A stretch of DNA of 64,000 nucleotides from Chlorokybus atmophyticus (taxonomy: Eukaryota > Plantae > Mesostigma and Chlorokybus algae). The notes below the pieces were generated by a model. The model saw only the letters and a program-made list of their open reading frames with translations. It did no database searches and was not told the DNA's origin. A program made the translations under genes and the position numbers. Positions 38,801-49,463 of this stretch are shown piece after piece (the stretch's first letter is position 1; each line of letters starts with the position of its first letter). The DNA lies in contig RHPI01002368.1 of the NCBI GenBank assembly GCA_009103225.1, forward strand, positions 649,397-713,396, written 5' to 3'.

Positions 38801-41110
38801 TGTCTGCTGCTGCAGTCTCCTCCAATGGTGTAGAGCGCACTGCGGCAAGCGCCCCTCGATCAGCTGGGTCTTGAGCACCTCCTTAATCGCGGCCTGGCCC
38901 GAACCGTCCTTGCCTCGGCTTTTAATAAACACGCTGTGGCCTGGGTGCTGGTGGTGCTGCTTGTGGCTGTCATGGTTGTGGCGCAGGGGGATTGCGTCTC
39001 TGTGTGGCCGGGGTCATTCCTGGCGGCGTAGCCAGTGGCTGTTGAGGAAACCCTGGAGCACCGGGTGTTTGTGGGCCCTCTTCCCGTGCGGCCTGTTCTT
39101 GCGCATATTCAGCATACTGCATGAGCTGCCTCCCTGGCCAGTGTACCTTCCCATGTGGCTGTTGGGTTGTTGACCACGTCACTCCAGCGGTGATTCTGAG
39201 GCATGGGCTAGAGATACACTGCGCGCAAAAGCCGCGCTCTTATGTCGTGGGTGATGGTGGGAACCCTTGGGATCCCTGCCATGTAGGCATCTCATCTGCC
39301 ATTGGCCACTCCCACCTCCAACACCGTTGCTGCTCGCGCCCGCACAGTGAGGTAAATCTCTGGCTGTTGGACATGCTGCTCATAAGCAGCTGCGATGCGT
39401 CTGCGTTCCCGCGCTGCTTCCACCCCTGGCAACCTCAGTATAGCCTCTTGTGCTCCTTCTAAGGTGTCAGTGGCTGTCGAGGCAACCTTGTCATAGGCTT
39501 GCCGTAGTGAATGCAGGAAGGCGTCCGACCATAACTATCTAGTGCTGAAGGCGAACAGGGGGACTGCGGGGTGATTGATGACTAGCCAAGTCATCAGTTT
39601 TGCTCGAGCTGCATTACCACCTTCTCGCATCCTCAGCATTCGTCTTAGGCCAATGCCTTCTTGTCAGTGCAGCATGGTTGCTGGTCGCAGCGGGGCAGTA
39701 CAAAGTTGCTGTTCCCCGATAAAACCTGCTCCATCTCGTTGCGTCAACCCTTGCGGTGTAGGGTAGCCTCTCCCTGGATCCCGTTGATCTTTAGGCAAGT
39801 CTTCCAACAAGGCGGGTAGCAGCGCGGCGATCACCCCTGTGGTTATTGGGCCAGCGCCCTCGTCTGGTCAATATTGGGCCCACCGATGAGAGGTGTCGCA
39901 CGGGATGATGGGCCAGCTACTGTTGGTTGAAGAACGCCCGCGCGAGCATCGGCAAGGGCGTGCGCTCTTGCGTCGATTGCTACCGCCTGCTCCCGTCGCC
40001 AGGTGAACGCCTGTTCCAGCGCGGTGTAGCGCTCATGACATCGAACGGTATTGAGGGGCCTCAGTGCTTCGTTGTCACCCAGAGGCATGTCAGTTGTATA
40101 AGCGATGTGCTGCTGTACGTTGGGTTGCCGGTCCCAATACGTGTTCGGTGGGCTGGGCTCGAAGGGTTCATGACGGACTGGCGCGGGTTGGCGTGGCGCC
40201 GTTTGCATATCGTTATGCAGAGTCCAAAAAAATTGTAGTGCCAACTCCAGTTTAACAGGCGTTCTGACAACGAAGACACGGTTTCGCATGGGAGGTGCGT
40301 GCCGGCGAGGATTTCATCCTCCAGCTGCCGCTGAGTCTGTTCTGGCTGCGTGTGATATTCAGGCAACGGGAAGACTCAGTCACTGCACTTAACGCGTGTT
40401 GTGCGCTCCCCTCCGCGCCCAAAAGCAATGGTAGTGGGATCTGCCCCACACATGACGGTCTCCCAAACACGCTCAGCTTGCTGACCTTGCGGGACAAGCT
40501 GAGTGACGTCGAGGGCGGGCAATGTAGCTGAGCGTGTCGCTGCAGTGGCAGCAGGCTCGACGATGGCACTGTCGGTGGGCGAGAGTGCCGCTCAATGGCG
40601 CGAGGGTGGTCTCAATGCCTGCTGGCACAGGTGGTTCTGCGGTTGGAGCGGGACCGGTGCGACCTACTGCTGCACGGTCGGTGACAGCAGTGGCTGTTGC
40701 CTGCATGCTCACCAGTGTGGGCGCGACGATGCTCATTAATAGACCGGTTTCTGGTGAGCTTGAAGCATTTGCTGCTAACATTGACGCAGTTGACGTCGTA
40801 GCCGGTGTAACTGTTGCTGCTGGTGTAGTACCACTGATGACTTCAAAGGAGGTGGCTGCTGACGATGTTGTGGCTTCCCCTCGAACTCGCCGGGATGGTT
40901 GAATACGCGACGGAGTGCAGGTGTCTCTCGTGCGCTTTAGAGCCATCAGTGCCCACCGGGCAGAATAACAGGCGCGGTAGTTCTGCCCTTGTCTTCCTCC
41001 AAGCATGCCATATATGCCATGAAGGCAGCTATATGGTCAACAGCTGGCGGTTTGGCTGCAGCCTTGGCGGCAACAGCAGCAGCGCGCGGACGTCCTTCCA
41101 GTCTCTTACA

Positions 41111-42180
41111 TTAAGGAGGGCGATCCTTCCCCTTGTAGCCTTGCTTTTCCTTGCGAGCGTTGGCGTAGTTGTTGGTGTGGTTATGGCCTCCGGTGTGATT
41201 GCTGTTGTAGCCACTAATGTTGTTGCCGCTGTGGCCTCTGGTGTTGCTGCTGTTGTAGCCACCAGCGTTGTTGCCGTTGTAGCCACCAGAGTTGTTGCCG
41301 TTGTGACCTCTAGTGTTGTTTGTGTAGTTGTTGACGAGTCTAAACTCGGGGAACTTGAGCCAGCAGACTGACTCCAAGTGGCCTGCCTTGTGACAGTAAT
41401 TGCAGGCCAGAGTTGAGTACTCTTTGGTGCACTCCTTTTGGTAGTGCCCATGCCATCCACAGCGACGACACAGCACAGGGGCAGACAAAGCAGTGTGCGC
41501 TGACCGTTTCCCTTTGTCGCGTGCTGGTGGAGCGTCTCGGCCACGTTCGCGGCGCGGAGGCTCGATCGTCGTGCTGGGCACAGGCCGTGAGGCGCTGCGG
41601 TTGGTATCCAGCATTGCCTTCTCATACACCAAGCGCTTATGGATGGCTTGTGCAGTCTCGAAAGCTTCCTTAAGCGTGTAGCCAAGGGGCCTGCTGTAGT
41701 TCAGGGTCAGGCGCGTCGATTCGCTCAGGGTGGCATCCAACTCATTGACATATACCACTGCAGCCGCCTCATCACTGACGATCTTGTAGTCAATGTCCTT
41801 CAACAGCCCTTCCGGTCTGGAGTACAAGCGTAGGGGGTCGTCATTTGGCTTGCGCCGGAACCGCCTCAACTCCTCCACTTTGCTAGTGGTCTGCTAGGAA
41901 GGTGCGACGAAGTGCCGCGTATAGATCCTTGAGTGGAGAGTTAAAGATGGCAGCACCTACAGTGATGGCTGGTGCGCGCAATGCAACTGAGCCGAGGGTG
42001 AAAGCACAGCCTGCCGCATTAGAGCCAGGTGTTGCCATAGGCAGGGGTGTTGTCATGCCGGAGAAGGACTTGAGTCAGATTGTCGGGATGTGACTACATG
42101 CAGGGCAATAACAGACTGCGGGCTGGTTGTAGGCATGAGGTAGTTGAATTTGCTTGTAGAAGCATATCTAGACAATGATG
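41111..42180 (-). pseudogene. gag: gag of the MTase-gypsy element with two CCHC knuckles and N/G/H-rich 24-bp repeats
   Basis: CRRCGWHGHYQKEC and CNYCHKAGHLESVC; EELRRFRR..AAAVVYVNEL is homologous to the gag at 43200-43370. Confidence 0.85.
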
Positions 42181-42808
42181 TCTGTTGGGTTTTGTGATGG
42201 GAAGGTAGAGGAGGAAGTTATTGAGTAAGGGGAAGTGCATTTGGCGAGTTACAGTCAATGTATCCGGACATCAGCGTAACTCAGATCTGGTGGGTGTAAT
42301 CGAGGCTATTTTGGGAGTTGTGAGTGGAGAAGGACTGGTGCAAGGAGTGGGCATCCATGTGGCAGTCAAGAGCTGGTCATGGAGACGGTTCACTCATCAT
42401 TGGAGACGTGGATTGGAGCTGGAGCTGGAAGAGAGCAAGTCCAAGTAGCTTTGACCATGGTCTGGTGCATTTCTAGTTGGTTGTGCTAGATTTGAACATG
42501 TGCATTGACTTGTTCATTGTATAAGTAGTGTGACTGAATAGATGTAGCTATCTGGTCAGCAAGTTACCATACCAAGTAACAAGTGCCATACATGTGACAT
42601 AACACTAGTGCAATACATCTTCGTGTGTTGTATGCGATTGGTGCCTTAGCTGAGACTGTTGTTGTTGTGAGCGTGTGACACTGGCGCATACCATCGTGCC
42701 TTGCTCAACAAGTACATCTACAAGGAGGAGATCATCATCATCACCCTCGTGTAGACTGTTCACTTGCTGACCAGATCCAAGGATTTCGGTGGTGGGTAAG
42801 ACCGGTGT

Positions 42809-44743
42809 GTGGTTGACGAGATAGTGAGTGGTAGCATGGCTAGAATGTTCAGTCTCGTGGAGGATGACACTAGCAGCACCAGCACATCATTGTCATTCAG
42901 TGGAAGGCCAGGGACATTATCGTTGAGGGAGTTTATTATGAAGTTCAAGGCTAAGTGTTTGCAATGGGAGACACGAGACCGGTCGTGGACGGAGGAGAAG
43001 ACATTCCGACTAATCCCACGATACTTGAAACACGAGGCATACACCGTCTACGAGCAAATTGTCACCGAGCGGGAGCTTGCAGCAGCTGGCACGGTGGAGG
43101 AACGAGCGTTGAGGTCGGGAGGAGCGCCGGCATCGACAACATCAGCCATGGAAGAGCTTTACAAGAGGTTGAAGGAAGCATTCAAGCCCATGACAGCTGA
43201 AAAGATCAAGGAGCTGACTCTATTCCGGAGGAGAGAGGGTGAGACACCAAGGATGATGTACGGGAGGATGTACCGACTGTTGGAGGACACCGAGTACTCG
43301 ATCTTGAAGGACAAGGCAGCCGCGATCGTCTATGTGGAGCAGCTGGAGCAACACCTATCAAAGGAGGTGAAGATTGCTATGGCGGGACAAGGATTGTTGA
43401 AGGAGTACTCGTTGCAGCATGCGTTCGAGATGGCGGAATCGGTGCAACACGCGGTGGAGTACAAAAGGACTATCCTAGCTCTGAACAGAGGGGAGACCAG
43501 CAGCAAGGAGACGAAGCAACCACTGACGACAACGGTGAGGGTGGCGACGGCGATGACGACACTGGCGGGGCGGAGCTGCTACGCGTGCGGTGCAGCCGAC
43601 CACATTCAACGCGATTGTCCGAGGAGGGGCAGCAGCTCAAGGGAGGCTCAAACTGATCGGTGTGGGCACTGCGGGAAGACAGGCCACATGATGGATGAGT
43701 GTTGGAGCAAGCATCCGGAGCTGAGATTAAGTGCGGGAAGAGCACGAGCGGGGCGGATGCCAACGCAGCAGGTGATGATGGCGCGAGGGGGTGCCGCGGA
43801 CATGACACCGACGACGAAGGTAGTCACGACCAGCAACGAGGCTTCGGCGGAGGCCACGGCGTTGCGCAACGAAGTGAAGGAGTTGAAGGCGGCCTTGGAG
43901 CAGCTGCAGGCGCGGATGCAAGGCATGCCATTCGAGTACGAAGCGTACGCGATGTGGCAAACACGGCGTGCAGCTGACGCGGTTGGCGAGCACGTGCCCG
44001 ACAAGGGGGGTGACTACAACACGCGCGAGGAGCTGGTCGGGACCGGCACGGAGGTGTTGAAGGTCGAGGAGAAAGTGCAGGTGTGTCATGTGAAGCTCAT
44101 CACGGCACCAGAGCAGCAACGCGAGGTAGACGAAAAGATGAAGGTGGTGCGTACAGCTGCGCGCAGCGACGACACCTTGGTTCTCACGAGGCCGGCGATG
44201 CGTGCGCGCGTGTGGCCGCGAGTGGCGATGGTGGACAACAAGGAAGGACACATCAGCATCGGAGGGTATGTACCGCGCTCAGTGTTGCTAGACACGGGTG
44301 CGCAGCCAGTCATGTTGGGGAGGACGGCGACGGAGGCGTTGCAGCTGAGCGACAACGACCTCGAGCCATGCCCGTTCAACATAGAGACGGCGTTGGGGAA
44401 AACGGAGTCCGTGCGAGGGCGTACGAAGGAGCAGCTACCTATCAAGCTATGTGGCAATGACAAGGGGGAGAGCTGCATATTCTGGACACAATGCCTTGTG
44501 ACGAATTCGACGTCGTTCGACTTGTTGGTGGGGCAAGACTGCATGTATCCGGTGGGGATGTACATCGACAACTGGATGGAGACAGCGTGTTTCCGTCCGC
44601 AATGGAGGAGTGGCAGTGGCGTGAAGGCGTTCATACCTTTACGACTACACTACGGAGCACGAGGACCGAGAGGGGACGCGATGCGACTGATGCGAAAGGA
44701 GGCAGCGGGGAGCTACGTGCACAACGACGGGGAGTTGGACTGA
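42809..44743 (+). CDS. gag: Intact 644-aa gag-protease ORF of the same gypsy lineage (no MTase or RT downstream); likely start at ATG 42837
   Basis: CYACGAADHIQRDC, CGHCGKTGHMMDEC, coiled coil, protease VLLDTGAQ; no internal stops. Confidence 0.9.
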   Translation: MVDEIVSGSMARMFSLVEDDTSSTSTSLSFSGRPGTLSLREFIMKFKAKCLQWETRDRSWTEEKTFRLIPRYLKHEAYTVYEQIVTERELAAAGTVEERALRSGGAPASTTSAMEELYKRLKEAFKPMTAEKIKELTLFRRREGETPRMMYGRMYRLLEDTEYSILKDKAAAIVYVEQLEQHLSKEVKIAMAGQGLLKEYSLQHAFEMAESVQHAVEYKRTILALNRGETSSKETKQPLTTTVRVATAMTTLAGRSCYACGAADHIQRDCPRRGSSSREAQTDRCGHCGKTGHMMDECWSKHPELRLSAGRARAGRMPTQQVMMARGGAADMTPTTKVVTTSNEASAEATALRNEVKELKAALEQLQARMQGMPFEYEAYAMWQTRRAADAVGEHVPDKGGDYNTREELVGTGTEVLKVEEKVQVCHVKLITAPEQQREVDEKMKVVRTAARSDDTLVLTRPAMRARVWPRVAMVDNKEGHISIGGYVPRSVLLDTGAQPVMLGRTATEALQLSDNDLEPCPFNIETALGKTESVRGRTKEQLPIKLCGNDKGESCIFWTQCLVTNSTSFDLLVGQDCMYPVGMYIDNWMETACFRPQWRSGSGVKAFIPLRLHYGARGPRGDAMRLMRKEAAGSYVHNDGELD

Positions 44744-44820
44744 AACAGTATGGAGAACTACATGTGGCGGGTACTTCGGGGACCTCAGCCTCACTAAGGG
44801 GGGTGGGTGTAGCCTGTTCA

Positions 44821-45603
44821 CTATGTACACATGTAGCTAGACATGCTAGTGTATGAGTAGAAGAAGGAGACATTGCATGAAGTTGCAGTGTTGTGTATGA
44901 GTAGCAGCATGTGAACATGTGCTAGAGTGTGTATCGAGGAGACATGGCGCGACAGTGAGCCCACCTCAACGGCTGCAGTTCGTTGTTCTTCAAGGATGGC
45001 AGCAGAACGGTCCAGGATCCGGGTCCGTATCGCGGCCGTCTTGATCTCAATCTCTGCAGGGGTCAGGTTGACGATCACTAACTCAGGTTCCTCCTCCTCT
45101 GCTCTGTCAGTGGCTGCCGCTATAGACAATCCGGTAAGTGCAGCAGGAGTGGCAGGTGGAAAGACGGCTGCTGGACTGTGCAGTGATGCATGTGCTATGG
45201 TACTGGCGAGCTCGCCATAGCCATCAACTCGATGCAGTTCAGCAACAGACTTCAAGACATCATGTGCTTCATGGTCCACATACGGAGCAGCAATGTGAAA
45301 AGAGATCTCATGTTTCCAGTCTTGTTCATCAGAGCTTACTGTCGCATCTTGGAGTGGAACTTGCTGATGAATTCGTCCAGCAAGGTACGGAGAAGCGCAG
45401 GGACGTGGTTGAGCTGGAAGCCTCCCTCTCGTAGTCGACACTATCGGACGAGAGTGGGGAAGCTCGATGCCGTGGAGTGGAAAGGAACAGAGTGAAATCA
45501 GAGACAGCACGTGAGCCTCTGCTGCTACGATCGTTGCTCCCATCGCTGGTCCGCTCGTAGGTGAGGTTGGAGGTTGGGCTTCAGCTGCTGAGGTCACCCT
45601 CAT
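44821..45603 (-). CDS. Antisense ORF (260 aa) of unknown function downstream of the gag-protease ORF
   Basis: Open frame with non-random composition (EEEEPELVIVNLTPAEIE..AAILEEQRTAA); no recognised domain. Confidence 0.35.
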   Translation of the reverse strand: MRVTSAAEAQPPTSPTSGPAMGATIVAAEAHVLSLISLCSFPLHGIELPHSRPIVSTTRGRLPAQPRPCASPYLAGRIHQQVPLQDATVSSDEQDWKHEISFHIAAPYVDHEAHDVLKSVAELHRVDGYGELASTIAHASLHSPAAVFPPATPAALTGLSIAAATDRAEEEEPELVIVNLTPAEIEIKTAAIRTRILDRSAAILEEQRTAAVEVGSLSRHVSSIHTLAHVHMLLLIHNTATSCNVSFFYSYTSMSSYMCT

Positions 45604-45789
45604 CTATTGGAGAGAACCGGGTGGGCCTGCTCAGACATCTAGTCCAAAGGGGAAAGTGTATGTATGCAGGGTAGAGTGTTTGTGCTCTACCGCCTGTCTT
45701 GATGCCGCTACCACTCACCACACTAGTGCTTATGTGCGCACTATGTAATGACAATGACAACGAATGCCCAGGGATGTGTCCCCAGATAC

Positions 45790-48375
45790 AGACTGCACTA
45801 TCTGATGCAGAATGCAACACACTCACTTGAGCAAAGGGTGACATTGTGAGTCAACAAGCCATGACGATAGGTAGTGCTGTTTACACAGTTATTTGCATTA
45901 GTGGAAAATGTGTTACACTGTTAAGTGAGGTGAATGAGCAAGCAACACGTGGATACTATGTCCTGACTGATGCCAACAAGCACACTGCAATCAGGCACAC
46001 CAGGCTCATAGCGATGACAAGCACTATGCACACACGAGCATGCACAGGCTCTCACACAGTGAGGGGGTTCTTTGTAACCGGGATGGCGTGTTCGTAGTTC
46101 AGGTTGTTTCACAAGCTCTTAGCTTTGTTGAGATGGACGATGAGAAGCCTACACATACACATGTGTGCACGCCAACAGCAACACCAACATGGAGAAACCA
46201 TGCACTACAGGACCTTAGCATATGCACATGCTACATCGTGACTAGCGACTCTACACCAACAAGAGTGTTTCAGAGTGTACAAGTCCGGGCTTTAGTACCC
46301 GCCAGCTACACATGCTTCTACTCTAGAAGCTACTGCGTCTAGCACACTCAACCTTAACCTGCGCTTTAAGTTGCTCCACGTAGCTAACTTCAAGAGCTTT
46401 TCAACATGCTGTCATACGTGCCATATGGCCAAGTAACCACCGAGCTGTCATCATTCTTCTAACCACGCCTGAGTCTTCCAAATTCATGTCCGCGCCGCGC
46501 CTGGAACCTTCTCTGAACTCATGTCGACGCCTGGACCTTTTCGAGTCTTCGCCTGGAACCTTCTGGCGGCTATTCCTATGTAAAGGGCAAGCTGACTGAC
46601 TGACCTATTGACCTGAATGTAGGAATATCCTCAACAAGCTTTCTCACAGTGTCACCAGCTAATCCGGTGAACGCTGTAACTACTTATACAAGTCAAATCA
46701 TGACTGTTTAGAACATAAGCTGACAATCATACCGAGGCTATTTCCACAGCAATTGTCACTCGATATAGAACACAACTTATAACCGAACTCACAACTAAAC
46801 AGCTACGCGCGGTGCCTATGTAGGCTATGGTCGCGAGCTACCCTGATGTCATGACCTAGCTACTGGTCAAAGACGCATGCGCGTTGGTATGTTGGTAGGC
46901 CGGGCGACGGTTTTGATGTAGCCATGCCCGATGAAGGCTGGTATGTGTGGGCATTAGGCATGACGTTGCGCATGAAAGAGGTAAAGCAGCATGTGTTACG
47001 TTAATACACCTATCATAGCTGACTTGCCCGCTGACTCTAACTTGGTAGGGATCCTGGTAGGGACATTGCTGCACACAAAATCGTCAATTGGGGTGATAAC
47101 TGCAGCGTACAATTTAAGTGCGCAAAATAATTTGGACAGATAGCAAAGTTTGGAGTGCCTTTTCCCGCGACCTCTGCATCGGCTGTTGAATGCGAGGACA
47201 ACGCTGCGGCTTATTGTCATATAAAGCTGGAGTGGCATTATCCTTGCCCTCAGCATGGTAAAGGAGAACACGACTGCCAGGGAGGAACATTAAAGCACCT
47301 TCTCGACAGGGCATTGCTGCAAGGAGAACAGATAGTGAATGCTGAGTCCGCAGCACATCACGCTAATGAGCACCTGGGCCGAGGAGCTGTTCCACGCATG
47401 TATCTCCAGAAGGCGAGGCGTGTGTGCGGAAGCGTTTTTTTCACCTTTCGGACATTGACTAGGTTGTGCATAAACCGGAAGGAAGCAATCACCGGACAGT
47501 GCCAGGCACTACGAAGTTCCAGGCCGTGCGAGGAACGGGTGAAGCGGACCGCTTCATGTCCCGTGCGCTCTCTTGCTTCTGTGTACCATGTGTCGAGGAG
47601 CTACACTCTAGATGCGTCAACAAGTGCGGAAGCAGCAGGTGCGTGACTGGAGATGATGAAGCGGAAGAGGCTGAGCAAGAGGTAAGCACTTCTCGGATCT
47701 TAGAAGTGCAGTAACTAAACATTTGGCACATGTAGCTGAATGTCTTGTGAGACAGTGCTGAGCCTGCAAGTTAATGAAGGTTCAGTATCCTGCATTGCTT
47801 GCTGCAAGTTAACGGACGTCCAGCATCTTGCAATGTGCTGATGAAGCAGGGTATTGCAGTTTTCGCAATCTGAGTGCTTGCTATCTTGCAGATGCTCATG
47901 CTAAACCAAGAGACGCTGGCATTAACCTTGAAGAAGGGGGATCTCTTCGTTATATCTTCAGTTAGGAGCGCTGAAGATCACGACAAAGATGCACCTTATT
48001 GGATCCTTCAATGTGTGGAGGAGGCAGAAAGAAATCGTCAATCCACAACCCGTGCGGACAGCTACGGCAACAGGGTGCTGCCGGACACCCTCTACGTTAC
48101 AGGAGTATACTTTCGGCGACTCACGCAACAACATGTCACAATTCAAATTTGTTGCCAAAACGGTCGTTGTGGTTCCTACCGCCTCAACCCCACAAAAAGG
48201 CAAGAGTACCAGCTTACTTCCTGCGGTGCGCACGCAAGGTCACGTTGGAGCGGGAGTCCACGAGTGAACGACTACCCGCAGTAAGTCCAGGCTAAAGACA
48301 TGGAAAGGTATAAGGGAGTTGTTTCGCATACGGGACGAGCTGCATGAGGCCATCCTTGAGGTGTTGCGAAGTAAA
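45790..48375 (+). pseudogene. DDE transposase remnant with Sola2-like motifs, interrupted at about 46074-46900
   Basis: DAECNTL..AMTI..VY; YYVLTDANKHTA; WGDNCSVQFK; EWHYPCPQHGKGEHDCQGGTLK; VPGTTKFQAV..RALSCFCVPC. Confidence 0.65.
46074..46860. mobile_element. Probable LTR-like insertion splitting the transposase; right boundary uncertain
   Basis: Starts TGTAAC exactly where transposase homology stops; three CGCCTGGA(A)CCTT repeats at 46497-46565. Confidence 0.4.
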
Positions 48376-48705
48376 TTAGCTAGGCTTGTACATTTGTTTG
48401 GCTAAGTGTAGATTGTTTACCAGATAATGCAAGTTGCTGCAGTGGATGTTGAATCATGTTTTTCGTGTATCATTTGCTGCCGTGGATGTCGCTTCATGTA
48501 TCTTAAAGAGTTGGTATTGTAACTATCATCATGTCTTCATGTAGGAATTAGCTCAGTAGTTATGATGAGTTTAATGTGCATTCGAGATAAAATCTTGTGC
48601 AAATTGCAATAACAGCTGTTTTCAGCCTATCCTAGGCCCGTCTTTATAACTTTGAAGCGCCCAAGCCATTTGCATAAAGTGTCCCCCCGGATCTTGCTAC
48701 ACGCC

Positions 48706-49256
48706 ATGAGCTGTGTGTCGCATATAACTGGTGTATGAATTATGAGTTTATGAAGCGCACGAAATGCGCGCCCATGAACTCAGAAACTCGTTAATGAGTC
48801 TTGAGACTCTTGTGCCCCTAGTGCCCTAGGAACTTGGGGGCACAAGCACTCATTGGAGTGAGTTGTGAGTCACAAGCTCTTTATACGATCGCTTGAAACC
48901 CTAGCACGTCGGCACCATCCTTGGCGTGGGTGGCGAGTGTGGTTTACTTTACACGTGTACAGGCTGCTCAGGCTTCGACCTCTGCATCGGCAGCCACAGC
49001 GCCATCGCCAAGTCAAAGATTGAAGAAGCGCGTGACTTTCGCACCTGGTTTAAAAGTAGTGGTTCCCAGCAGTTGTAGCCTAGCACCCTAGTGCAGACGT
49101 TGTGTATAAGTCATTTTATAACTATACAGTCGCGCATTTGTATTGTAATGCACTTGGGTGCTGGGCGTAGCCACCGTGCGATCAACCCATAGCGACCCCT
49201 CAGCATCACAGTATTTTCACCTTTAAAGAGGGCCACTTGTGCGTGGGGTGCGTGGT
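48706..49256 (-). repeat. Dispersed modular repeat, copy 2 (inverted): blocks L, core A (48742-49206), C in a different order from copy 1
   Basis: Reverse complement of 2511-2970, with L and C on the opposite sides. Confidence 0.9.
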
Positions 49257-49463
49257 TGTTAGGCGTTGAAGGGGCTTTTCCCCTCGTTCCTATAAGTCGA
49301 GGGGTGGGGTGGGGTGGTGTTGTGCACGCACCGGTAGAAATGGCCCCCCAACAGTTTGGCCTTGCCCACAACAATTAAATGGAGATTCAGCTATAACTTG
49401 ATTAGGGATGCATGCATTAGGGATGCATGCATATGTAAGCAACATATCAATGTTTGCACTTTT

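Larger units (their letters stand above)
33880..42180 (-). mobile_element. Ty3/gypsy retrotransposon carrying a C5 DNA methyltransferase (gag-PR-MTase-RT-RH-INT); LTRs not identified
   Basis: Collinear minus-strand domains; see sub-features. Confidence 0.92.
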
